Positions 9,158 through 17,927 of a stretch of DNA of 64,000 nt are shown in pieces. The notes beneath the pieces were generated by a model. It saw only the letters and a program-made list of their open reading frames with translations, had not been told where the DNA came from and searched no databases. Origin of the DNA: Anaerohalosphaeraceae bacterium (GTDB taxonomy: Bacteria; Planctomycetota; Phycisphaerae; Sedimentisphaerales; UBA12454); contig JAIORA010000019.1 of NCBI GenBank assembly GCA_021108375.1, forward strand, positions 5,660 to 69,659, given 5' to 3'. The stretch's first letter is position 1; the number at the start of each line of letters is the position of its first letter. The position numbers were made by a program, and so were the translations under genes.

Positions 9158-9694
9158 TTACATTATGGGTTTTATTGCTTTCGGTTTCTTCAATGATGTG
9201 ATTGCTTTTTCTGTACATTTTACCATTCCTGTCGCTGAGACTACGCTTATAGCGCACCTCTTACCGCTTGCTGAAACAACAAGGCCGTTGGTTTCAGTAA
9301 GACGGTTGCCCAGTGGGCCGAAAGTAAAGGTTGATGCGCCGGTGCAGCTTACCGCGGAGTTGATCGTTTCGGTCTGTACTATTTCAGATGTGCCGAGGTT
9401 GGTTATCGTATAACCGCTGTAAGACGAGCTGGTTCTTGTAAGACGGATGCTTTTGGAAGCGGACTTTCCGGTCATCGTTAGCCTGAAGCCGCTGGGGTTT
9501 GTCTTGGCATTTGTGATTGCGAGCTGTCGGCATTTTCGCAGGCTGGCTGAAATTTTGCGAGCGGTTGCCTCGGCCTTATACTTAGCGGTCAGCCCAAAGC
9601 TCATTCGCGGTATCGCGACAGCCGCCAGTGCGCCGAGCATCGCTACTACGATGATTAACTCTGCAAGCGTAAATGCTTTTTGTTTAGTTCGCAT
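9158..9694 (-). CDS. prepilin-type N-terminal domain protein (minor pseudopilin, GspH-like)
   Basis: MRTKQKAFTLAELIIVVAMLGALAAVAIP. I prefer the ATG at 9694, which follows AAAGAGG, over the ORF-track start at 9736. Confidence 0.7.
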   Translation of the reverse strand: MRTKQKAFTLAELIIVVAMLGALAAVAIPRMSFGLTAKYKAEATARKISASLRKCRQLAITNAKTNPSGFRLTMTGKSASKSIRLTRTSSSYSGYTITNLGTSEIVQTETINSAVSCTGASTFTFGPLGNRLTETNGLVVSASGKRCAISVVSATGMVKCTEKAITSLKKPKAIKPIM

Positions 9695-9785
9695 AATTGC
9701 CTCTTTACTAAAAAAGGATGGCCGCAATGATTGCAACCATCCTCAGTAGTTTGTCAAAACGGATTCCGTTATTTTTGTTGTCTAC

Positions 9786-10118
9786 TTAGTGTCCCGTGGT
9801 GCTGCAGCTTACTCTCTTGGTTGTAGCGCTCATTGAGTAGCTGGTACTCAGTCCGGTTGTCGGGCAAACTGGTGCGCCGCCAGGGAAATACGATGTGTCG
9901 CCGGTAATGGTTGCCAAGGTTGCCGGATAAGTTCCGTCGTTATTAGCGGCGTAGAGCTCAATCTGTGTGTTCATCAAATCAATGTTAGTGGCGCAGCCGT
10001 TGAGCTTTGCGGTTGCTGCACTTTCAGTAATTCTTGGTACAGCGATTGCAGCCAATGCACCGAGTATCAGTACGACAATCAGCAACTCAACTAATGTAAA
10101 ACCATTTCTTTTTCTCAT
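9786..10118 (-). CDS. major (pseudo)pilin, PulG/GspG-like type IV pilin
   Basis: 110 aa. MRKRNGFTLVELLIVVLILGALAAIAVPR. It is small and contains three Cys, and it is the first pilin gene after the platform gene. Confidence 0.8.
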   Translation of the reverse strand: MRKRNGFTLVELLIVVLILGALAAIAVPRITESAATAKLNGCATNIDLMNTQIELYAANNDGTYPATLATITGDTSYFPGGAPVCPTTGLSTSYSMSATTKRVSCSTTGH

Positions 10119-10222
10119 TTTTGTTCTCCTTTTAGGAATCTTTTAAGGATATTTAGTTCTTTACTTAAAGCATAAGAAGTAATCGGTCTGACAAAGACCG
10201 AACTTTGCTTAAATTTTTATTT

Positions 10223-11419
10223 TTATTTCAAATGTGTCATATAATCGAACATAGGCAGGTACACAGCCATAAGTATTACTCCGATAATAAGGCCTAAACT
10301 CAGCGTAAGAATCGGTTCGAGCTTGACCATAAGGCGAGCAATACTGCGTTCTATGTCTTTTTCGAGAAAATCTACGCCCTTATTCAGCATTGCTCCGAGC
10401 GTGCCGGCCTCTTCGCCGGTATTGGCGAGTTGAATTATTATCGGAGGGAAAAGCGCGTGCTTCTGCATCGATTCCGCTACGGAAGTACCGGCCTGTATGG
10501 ATTGCTGTATGTCGTTGGAAATTTCCGATAGCTGCCAGTTGTGTGCGACCAGGCTCGATATTTGAAGAGCCTTTATAATAGGTACGCCGGTCGATGAGAG
10601 CATCGCAAAGCTGCGAATAAAATTGGAGACCGTTACCATACGGTTCAATTTTCCAAAGACTGGCACTTTGAATTTAAATATGTCCCATTTAGCTCTCACA
10701 TATGCGTTTTTGCGTAACTTGTGAATTGCAAATGGGGCAGCAACGATAATCCCGAGGATGATCGACCAGTAATTTCTCATTATATAGCTGAGAATAATCA
10801 GTACCTGTGTAGGCCCCGGCAGGGCGACGCCGAGCTGGCTGTATATCTTTGAGAAAACCGGCACGATAAATACTATCAGAATCGTTATTATCACAACGCA
10901 AAGCACGCTAACTACTATCGGATAGGTAAAGGCGGCCTTTAGCTTGTTTTTCATATCCGCGCGTTTTTCCAGATATTTTGCACTTATTTCGAGACTTTCA
11001 GCAAGTTTTCCGCCTGATTCGCCGGCTTCGAGCATTCCGAGAAAGAAGTCTGAGAAGATTTTCCTGTATGTGTCGAACGCATCGGTCAGGGACATTCCCA
11101 GTTCGATTTTCCTCTTTATGTCAGTAATTACAGATTTTAAAGCTTCGTTTTCGGTTTGCTTTTCGAGCGTTTCAAGGCATTGAATAATCGACAGCCCGGC
11201 AGAACTCATCCCCGCGAATTTATAGGCGAATTCGACAACTTCAGCCTGCTTTATGTTTGCAAGCGTTGCCTTGATGTTCTTTCTCTTTTTTGCTGAGACG
11301 AGTTTGTATCCGATTTTGCACAGCTCATCTCTAAGCTCGGCCAAATTGCGGACATCTTCATAGACACCGATGAAAAGGTCGCCTTTTTCGTCTCTTGCTT
11401 CGTACTGAAAAGCAGTCAT
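10223..11419 (-). CDS. type II secretion system F family platform protein (GspF/PilC)
   Basis: 398 aa with the duplicated T2SSF domain architecture, three TM segments and the C-terminal VYLPMFD motif. Confidence 0.9.
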   Translation of the reverse strand: MTAFQYEARDEKGDLFIGVYEDVRNLAELRDELCKIGYKLVSAKKRKNIKATLANIKQAEVVEFAYKFAGMSSAGLSIIQCLETLEKQTENEALKSVITDIKRKIELGMSLTDAFDTYRKIFSDFFLGMLEAGESGGKLAESLEISAKYLEKRADMKNKLKAAFTYPIVVSVLCVVIITILIVFIVPVFSKIYSQLGVALPGPTQVLIILSYIMRNYWSIILGIIVAAPFAIHKLRKNAYVRAKWDIFKFKVPVFGKLNRMVTVSNFIRSFAMLSSTGVPIIKALQISSLVAHNWQLSEISNDIQQSIQAGTSVAESMQKHALFPPIIIQLANTGEEAGTLGAMLNKGVDFLEKDIERSIARLMVKLEPILTLSLGLIIGVILMAVYLPMFDYMTHLK

Positions 11420-13179
11420 CAGTAGTCCTCCATATCAACAATCCGCCTTAGCTCATCGATGGTTGTATTGCCGTCGAACACTTCATCAAAACCGCTGGCT
11501 CGCAAAGTTCGCATACCATCACTGATGGCAGTTTCTTTTATTTCGGTATCGCTTAAGCCGTTTATTATCATCTTTTCTATTTTGTTCGTAACCGGCAGGA
11601 TTTCGTAAATACCCTTTCGACCGAGGTAGCCGGTATGGTTGCACATATCGCAGCCTTTGCTCTTGTGCAGAACGAAATTGTCCTTTTCCGGGTTTACATT
11701 TTTGAGCATTTTCAGAGTTTCGTCGTTCGGCTTGAATGACTCTTTGCAGTTTTCGCACGATGTTCTCATAAGCCTTTGAGCTACCGAGCCCAGCAGTGAT
11801 GATGCCAGCAGAAACGGCGGCATACCGATGTTCAGGAATCTCGATATAGCGCCCGCCGCGTCGTTTGTGTGCAATGTGCTGAGAACAAGGTGGCCGGTCA
11901 TCGCTGCGCTTACAGCGATTTCAGCGGTTTCGAGGTCCCTTATTTCGCCGATGAGAATAACGTCAGGGTCCTGACGCAGAATGCTCCGCAGGGCCGAGGC
12001 GAAAGTCAGGCCGGCTCGTGCGTTGACCTGTACCTGTGTTATGCCGTCCAGCCGATACTCGACGGGGTCTTCTACGGTAATGATGTTTTTGTTGCCGGTA
12101 TTGAGAAGCTGCAAAAGCGAATACAGAGTAGTCGTTTTACCGCTGCCGGTCGGGCCGGTCATAAGAATCATCCCATAAGGATTCTCAATCAGTTTTCGGA
12201 GGTTGAAATTGTCCTGCTTAGATGTAACTATTGCATCCAGGTCCCATTTATTGTTGCTTTTGTCGAGGATTCTGAGTACGATTTTTTCGCCGGTAACTGA
12301 TGGCAGTGATGATACACGCAAATCGTATTCGCGGTCGTTGTGCATAGTGCTTATATGGCCGTCCTGCGGGATACGTTTTTCGGATATATCCATATTCGCG
12401 AGAATTTTTATATGGCTAAGCACTTCGGCCTGAGCCGATACTGGTATATCGATTTCCTTGTGCAGTACGCCGTCAACTCTGTATCTGATTTTCATATCAG
12501 ATTCCTGTGGCTCGATGTGAATATCGCTGGCACGGGCATCTATGGCACCGGTGATTATATAGGATACGAGATTGCTTATAGGGTCTTTCTTATCCTGCAT
12601 CTCTTTTAGGAATTCGGTTTTCTCCTGGGCATCTTTTTTGTCGTCCTTTTTCAGACGCATAGAAGCGATGGTCTGCTTTGTTACGCTCTGGACGCTGAAG
12701 TGGTATCGGATAGCTGAACTTATAGCCTCAGGAACCGCCGCCAACGGTACGACTTTGCTGCCGCAGCGAACTTCTATCTGGTCTCTTACAGCAAGGTTCA
12801 TAGGAGAACTCATTGCTACGTAGAAGTTTTTGCCTTCAAGGCGAACACCTATCAAATTATGCTCATTGCAAATATCGGAGGGAATCATTCTCGCTGCCAT
12901 CGGGTCAATGTCATCAGGGGAGAGATTTATGAACTCGATTTTATGGCTGGCCGCGATGATTCGCGTGAGCTTTTCGCCTTTTATATGTTCATACTCTTTA
13001 AGCAGGGCTATGATACTCTTGCCGGTTTTGCTCTGCTTGTCCAGCAGCTCTGTTAATTGCTGAGTTGAGAGTATCCCGTTTTGTCGTATATATGAAATTG
13101 TTTCCTGTTGGTTATTCATAAGTTTTGGATTCCGTACTTTCAGACGCAATAATAACATTTCCATTGCTAAAATCGTCAT
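11419..13179 (-). CDS. GspE/PilB family type IV filament assembly ATPase
   Basis: Walker A GPTGSGKTTT, Asp box ITVEDPVEY, Walker B DPDVILIGEIRD, His box LSTLHTNDA, tetracysteine CENC...CDMC, and an N-terminal T2SSE_N-like domain. The start may instead be the ATG at 13119 (MNNQQ...). Confidence 0.9.
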   Translation of the reverse strand: MTILAMEMLLLRLKVRNPKLMNNQQETISYIRQNGILSTQQLTELLDKQSKTGKSIIALLKEYEHIKGEKLTRIIAASHKIEFINLSPDDIDPMAARMIPSDICNEHNLIGVRLEGKNFYVAMSSPMNLAVRDQIEVRCGSKVVPLAAVPEAISSAIRYHFSVQSVTKQTIASMRLKKDDKKDAQEKTEFLKEMQDKKDPISNLVSYIITGAIDARASDIHIEPQESDMKIRYRVDGVLHKEIDIPVSAQAEVLSHIKILANMDISEKRIPQDGHISTMHNDREYDLRVSSLPSVTGEKIVLRILDKSNNKWDLDAIVTSKQDNFNLRKLIENPYGMILMTGPTGSGKTTTLYSLLQLLNTGNKNIITVEDPVEYRLDGITQVQVNARAGLTFASALRSILRQDPDVILIGEIRDLETAEIAVSAAMTGHLVLSTLHTNDAAGAISRFLNIGMPPFLLASSLLGSVAQRLMRTSCENCKESFKPNDETLKMLKNVNPEKDNFVLHKSKGCDMCNHTGYLGRKGIYEILPVTNKIEKMIINGLSDTEIKETAISDGMRTLRASGFDEVFDGNTTIDELRRIVDMEDY

Positions 13180-13406
13180 TCCTTACAGCAGCCTTAACCT
13201 GATAACTACTGTTAAAAAAATAAAAAGGAATAGCACGTCCTATAAAATCGGTCTTGTCATTCTCATTGTTGGTAGCCGGGCAGCGGAAGCTGCCGGATAA
13301 GGTTATTATTGTTTACGAGGAGACTAAAATTTTGGGTCATTTTTGTTAACGGACTCTGGTTTTAAACCGATGAAAGAGTGGGGAAAACCTGAAAGGAGAA
13401 ATTTAG

Positions 13407-13808
13407 ATGCTTGGTTTATTTAAAAAGAAGGGCAAGGTAGCTAGCGCAAAAATCCTGGTTGTGGATGACGAGCCGGATTTGGTCAGCACAATAAAGAGTC
13501 GTTTGCAGTGGGCTCATTTCAAGGTTGTTACCGCCAGTAACGGCCAGGAGGGGCTTGAGGTGGCCGAAAGTCAAAAGCCCGACCTGATATTGCTGGATAA
13601 CAATATGCCGGTGATGAATGGGTTGGAGATGCTTGACCATCTTCGCCAAACACCATCTATAAGTGATATTCCGGTTATTATGCTGACGGCAGTGTCCGAG
13701 CCGGAAAAAATCACTACTGCCTCTGGTTTTGGAATAGTTGATTACATCACTAAGCCATTTAACTTTTCTGAACTGACTAATAAAATTACAGCTATTCTTG
13801 AGCAATAA
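13407..13808 (+). CDS. response regulator, receiver domain only (CheY-like)
   Basis: 133 aa. ILVVDDEPD...DLILLDNNMPVMNG...MLTA...KPF. An AAAGGAGAA Shine-Dalgarno sequence precedes the ATG. Confidence 0.9.
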   Translation: MLGLFKKKGKVASAKILVVDDEPDLVSTIKSRLQWAHFKVVTASNGQEGLEVAESQKPDLILLDNNMPVMNGLEMLDHLRQTPSISDIPVIMLTAVSEPEKITTASGFGIVDYITKPFNFSELTNKITAILEQ

Positions 13809-15059
13809 ATGAATACCGAAAATATCGTAACGAACTTACCAAACGAAAACGAAAACCTGCGAGTTATCAGAGAACTGATTGAAAGAAAGAGCAAGAACCT
13901 TGAGGCGATATTTGATGCTGTTCCGATTGGTATGCTCTTGCTGGACGAAAATCTGATTGTCAGAAGAGTTAATAACGCAATCAGGAAAATGGTCGGCAAA
14001 AGCTACACTGACATTCTGGACAAGCCAATAGGTGATGCATTGCGTTGCAGGACTATAACGGTTCAAAAAGGTCGGTGTGGTATTTCCAAGCAATGTTCTT
14101 TCTGTCATTTACGAAAAGAGATTGAACTGTCGATTGAGACCTCAATGCCGATACTTGAGTTTGAGTTCAAGAGCAAAATTAAGTTTGCCCACAGGTCGGA
14201 ACTGCCGTGGTTTTCTTTGAGTATCGAGCCGGTAACGATAGATGGCAAAAAAGAAGCCGTTGTCTGCCTCAACGATATTACTGAACGCAAAATCGCTCAG
14301 GAAAAAATGGTCGAGGCGATAGAAATGAAATCTCAGTTTACTTCCACCGTATCACACGAACTGCGAACTCCTCTGACAGCGATAGGCGAAGGGCTTAATA
14401 TCGTATTAGAGGGTGTTACCGGCAAGCTCAAGAAAAAACAGAGATATTTTCTTGAGCTTGCCAAGAGAAATGTCGACAGACTTGGGCTTTTGATAAATGA
14501 TATACTCGATTTTCAGAAAATTGAGTCCGGGAAGATGACCTTTGAGTTCCTTTCAGATAATATGACAGATACGGCAAGAGAAGTTTACGAAATGATGGCC
14601 TTAGCTGCCAAGAAGGGCAATTTAAATTTTGTTCTCGATACTGAAAAAGAGGACATCATTGCTGAATTCGACCGTAACAGAATGATTCAGGTACTGACTA
14701 ATCTGCTGAGCAATGCGATAAAATTTACGCCTGCCAAGGGTACTGTAACGTTTAGAGTATTTCGTAACGATTCGGATTTGGTGATTAAGGTTTCGGATAC
14801 CGGTATGGGTATTCCTGAAGATGACCTCAAAAAGGTTTTCGATAGATTCTACCGTGTCAATCGGCCGGGCAAGGAAATAAATGGTACTGGTCTTGGCTTG
14901 CCGATTGTGGAGCAGGTTGTCTCACGGCATCACGGCAAAGTAATAGCTGAAAGCGAGGTTGGTAAAGGCACAACCTTTACTATTACTATGCCTGTCGCTA
15001 TGCCCAAAAATAGTAGCCGAGCCGATGAGTTGCTCGAAGAGACGGTTTCAAAATCCTGA
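13809..15059 (+). CDS. PAS-domain sensor histidine kinase
   Basis: 416 aa. H-box SHELRTPLTAI and HATPase_c motifs (NLLSNAIKFT, DTGMGIP, GTGLGLPIV). The PAS-like N-terminal region has four Cys. Its ATG directly abuts the stop of the receiver gene. Confidence 0.9.
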   Translation: MNTENIVTNLPNENENLRVIRELIERKSKNLEAIFDAVPIGMLLLDENLIVRRVNNAIRKMVGKSYTDILDKPIGDALRCRTITVQKGRCGISKQCSFCHLRKEIELSIETSMPILEFEFKSKIKFAHRSELPWFSLSIEPVTIDGKKEAVVCLNDITERKIAQEKMVEAIEMKSQFTSTVSHELRTPLTAIGEGLNIVLEGVTGKLKKKQRYFLELAKRNVDRLGLLINDILDFQKIESGKMTFEFLSDNMTDTAREVYEMMALAAKKGNLNFVLDTEKEDIIAEFDRNRMIQVLTNLLSNAIKFTPAKGTVTFRVFRNDSDLVIKVSDTGMGIPEDDLKKVFDRFYRVNRPGKEINGTGLGLPIVEQVVSRHHGKVIAESEVGKGTTFTITMPVAMPKNSSRADELLEETVSKS

Positions 15060-15520
15060 CAGCCGAGTGACCTACGTCGCCGAATAGTTTTTTGCATCAA
15101 CACCGACCTTGTCATTTCGACTGAAGCGCAGCGCAATGGAGAAATCTATCTTTTCATTTTTTTAAAATCTGTGTAATCTGCGTAATCAGTGTTTAAAGAA
15201 TTTATGTTTATTCGTCTTTCCGAATTATTTGCATCTTACATTTCGTCGTTTAGCCTTGCCATCACTATGGTGGGGTTGTTCATCATATGGTTTGTATCTT
15301 CCGCATCGCTGTTTAGCCCCCAAGCAGGCTTGGGGGTTCGTGCTTACATATTTTCTATCCCGTTCGCACAAGACTCTGTCATTCCCACGAAAGTGGGAAT
15401 CCATTTTTTACTTTTTTAAAATCTGTGTTAATCTGTGTCTAATTAAATAAATCGGTCTCGGCCAAAGGCCGATTCCTCAACTCAAAACTAAAGACTAAGA
15501 ACTCAAAACTAACAATCTCT
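15060..15520 (+). repeat. mosaic intergenic repeat zone 1 (forward orientation)
   Basis: Contains ttgtcatttcgactgaagcgcagcgcaatggagaaatct (identical to 17887-17925), AATCNGYG iterations, two TTAGCC hairpins, a tgtcattcccacgaaagtgggaatcc hairpin and the hairpin+ttcctcaactcaaaactaaagactaagaactcaaaacta module. Confidence 0.9.
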
Positions 15521-15586
15521 ATGGCTAAAAATTGAATTGCTCTATCTTTCCCACCGAGTTTTAATGGTTTTATTCCCTTTATTCTA

Positions 15587-15615
15587 TTGACCGGCACAGA
15601 GTCGATGTGTAGAAT
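15587..15615 (+). promoter_or_regulatory. sigma-70-like promoter for the DUF485-actP operon
   Basis: TTGACC, a 17-nt spacer, then TAGAAT, about 80 nt upstream of the DUF485 start. Confidence 0.55.
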
Positions 15616-15693
15616 TGTCAAAATTTTGTTTTTTAGAGAATGCGTTTTTAGCTCAATAATGCGGAAACGGTAGAATTTTAACAGGAGTTGGCG

Positions 15694-15987
15694 ATGTTAC
15701 ACGAACCGGCACAAAGTTGCGGCAAGGATTTTGCGGCAGGCTATAAGAGCAAATTGGGTATCAAATTATTCCTGGTTTACGCGGTTATCTACGCGGGATT
15801 TGTGGCGATAAATGTCATAAAGCCGGTGCTGATGGAAAAGGAAATCATATTCGGCCTTAATCTTGCCGTTGTTTACGGTTTTGGTCTGATTATATTTGCG
15901 CTACTGCTGGCGGTTTTTTATAACCACCTTTGTATCAAGCGTGAAAAAGCGGCAAATGGCAGCAATGCAAAAGGAGGGCAGGAGTAA
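15694..15987 (+). CDS. DUF485 domain membrane protein (YjcH-like)
   Basis: Two TM helices, ~97 aa, immediately upstream of and 1-nt overlapping an ActP-type symporter, as in yjcH-actP. The ATG at 15694 lies 6 nt after GGAG. The track start at 15688 is a TTG. Confidence 0.75.
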   Translation: MLHEPAQSCGKDFAAGYKSKLGIKLFLVYAVIYAGFVAINVIKPVLMEKEIIFGLNLAVVYGFGLIIFALLLAVFYNHLCIKREKAANGSNAKGGQE

Positions 15988-17927
15988 TGGCTATAGCAAT
16001 TTTCGCGGGTTTCGTAGCGTTTGTACTGTTTTTATCCTTTTACCTTTCCAAAAAGTCCAGCTCGGCCAGCGGATATTTCGCAGCGGGCGGACAGATACAC
16101 TGGAGTGTTAACGGCATTTCTTTTGCGGGTGATTATCTTTCAGCGGCCTCTTTTCTCGGCATCTGCGGTTTGATAGCGGTCGCCGGATATGACGGTTTCC
16201 TCTATTCGATTGGATACCTTGCCGGCTGGATTGTCGCGTTGTTTGTGGTTGCTGAGCCGATGAAGAGGCTGGGCAAGTACACCTTCACTGACGCTCTGGA
16301 TTCGACATTTGATTCCAAAGCGATTCAGCTTGTAGCGGGAATAAGTACGCTTGTCGTTTCGATATTCTACCTCATTCCACAGATGGTTGGTGCCGGCGTG
16401 CTGGTTACGCCGCTGCTGGGACTGCCCCACGCTGTTGGTGTAATTATGGTTGGAGCGATAGTTATAACCATCGTTGCCACAGCAGGTATGACCTCGACGA
16501 CTTACGTGCAGTTTTTGAAAGGCGGATTACTGATAATCTTTTCGACGGTGCTGGTTGTTGCGGTTTGCCATCGCGGATTGTCAACCGAGCCTGACCAGGG
16601 CGGGCAGGTAACCTGTTACGATTACAGAAAAATGGCAGTGTCGATAGTTGACGGGGCGGTTATTCCTGCCGATGAAAATTTTAAAGTTGTCGCAAGCAAT
16701 ATCAAGACGAATTCTGATGGCACGGTGGAAATCGATTATGTAAAACTTGATGAAACCGACAAATTTACATGGTGGAAAGTTCAGCATTTAGCTCAAGGCG
16801 GGGCCGAGCTTGTCGAAACCGCATCGGTGGCGATAAGCAGCGATGGCAAAAAAATTATTAACGGAGTCGAATCAGATGGCGGTTTGCAGGTGGGTAACGC
16901 TCAAAAGCTCCTCGGCAAGAGCGGCCCTGAGGCAAAGACGGGGCCGGTCGGGCCATTCAAATTTTTGTCCATTCTTGGCGATAAGGATACTGTAATAAGG
17001 CGATGGAAAAAATCAGCTCAGTTCAGCGATGGCGACGGTACTGTAACACTGTTCGCCCCGACAGAGACACCCGGCAACAAGATTATGCGGCCGGGCCTCA
17101 AGTTTAAGGTCGAAGGCAACAAGCTCGAACGGCTCGATTTCGTATCGCTTATGCTGGCACTTTTCTGCGGGACGGCAGCTTTGCCGCACATCCTGATTAG
17201 ATACTACACCGTGCCGAGTCCTGCCTGTGCGAGGAAGTCAACCATCGTGGCAATCGCGGCCATCGGATTTTTCTATATACTGACGCTCTATATGGGTCTT
17301 GGTGCGATGACCAATGGGGTTGTCAATCCTTTCAGCAATAATATGTCGGCACCGTTGTTGGCCAAGTCGTTCAATCCGATATTGTTTGCGATAATTTCAG
17401 CGATTGCTTTTGCGACAGTCCTTGGCACGGTCAGCGGACTTATCGTTGCCGCATCGGGTGCGGTTGCGCACGATTTGCTCGACAGATTTTACGACCTGAA
17501 ACTCAATGATAAGCAGAAGGTTGTCATCGGCAAGGCTGCGGCATTTACCATTGGGATGATAGCGATAATACTTGGCATAATTTTTCAGGGTATGAACGTT
17601 TCTTACCTTGTCGGATGGGCATTTGCGGTAGCGGCCTCGGCCAATCTGCCGGCAATTATTATGTTGCTGTTCTGGAAGCGTACCACTTCAGCAGGCATTG
17701 CCGCATCGATTACAGTTGGTATCATCGCGGCGGTTGGCCTCATTCTGATTTCGCCTGATATGTTCGAGAGGTACGGAATGTTGCGGTCGCAGGCTCCGAT
17801 ACCGATAAATCAGCCCGGCATCATTTCGATACCGCTGAGCTTTCTAACGCTGATAGTCGTTTCGCTTATGACAAAGAAAAAGGCCGTTGTCATTTCGACT
17901 GAAGCGCAGCGCAATGGAGAAATCTAA
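15987..17927 (+). CDS. actP: cation/acetate symporter ActP family (sodium:solute symporter) with enlarged extramembrane loop
   Basis: 646 aa. The SSS-family TM pattern is present, and GTAALPHILIRYYT matches the ActP GTAGLPHILMRFFT signature. There is a ~190-aa hydrophilic loop (aa ~195-383). The last 13 codons lie inside a repeat element. Confidence 0.85.
   Translation: MAIAIFAGFVAFVLFLSFYLSKKSSSASGYFAAGGQIHWSVNGISFAGDYLSAASFLGICGLIAVAGYDGFLYSIGYLAGWIVALFVVAEPMKRLGKYTFTDALDSTFDSKAIQLVAGISTLVVSIFYLIPQMVGAGVLVTPLLGLPHAVGVIMVGAIVITIVATAGMTSTTYVQFLKGGLLIIFSTVLVVAVCHRGLSTEPDQGGQVTCYDYRKMAVSIVDGAVIPADENFKVVASNIKTNSDGTVEIDYVKLDETDKFTWWKVQHLAQGGAELVETASVAISSDGKKIINGVESDGGLQVGNAQKLLGKSGPEAKTGPVGPFKFLSILGDKDTVIRRWKKSAQFSDGDGTVTLFAPTETPGNKIMRPGLKFKVEGNKLERLDFVSLMLALFCGTAALPHILIRYYTVPSPACARKSTIVAIAAIGFFYILTLYMGLGAMTNGVVNPFSNNMSAPLLAKSFNPILFAIISAIAFATVLGTVSGLIVAASGAVAHDLLDRFYDLKLNDKQKVVIGKAAAFTIGMIAIILGIIFQGMNVSYLVGWAFAVAASANLPAIIMLLFWKRTTSAGIAASITVGIIAAVGLILISPDMFERYGMLRSQAPIPINQPGIISIPLSFLTLIVVSLMTKKKAVVISTEAQRNGEI

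Noticed and set aside
10184-10200. A small hairpin, cggtct-gacaa-agaccg, between the platform gene and the major pilin gene. It might be an attenuator that sets pilin stoichiometry.
   Set aside because: The stem is only 6 bp, there is no U-tract on the coding strand, and there is no sequence conservation to lean on. The evidence is insufficient.
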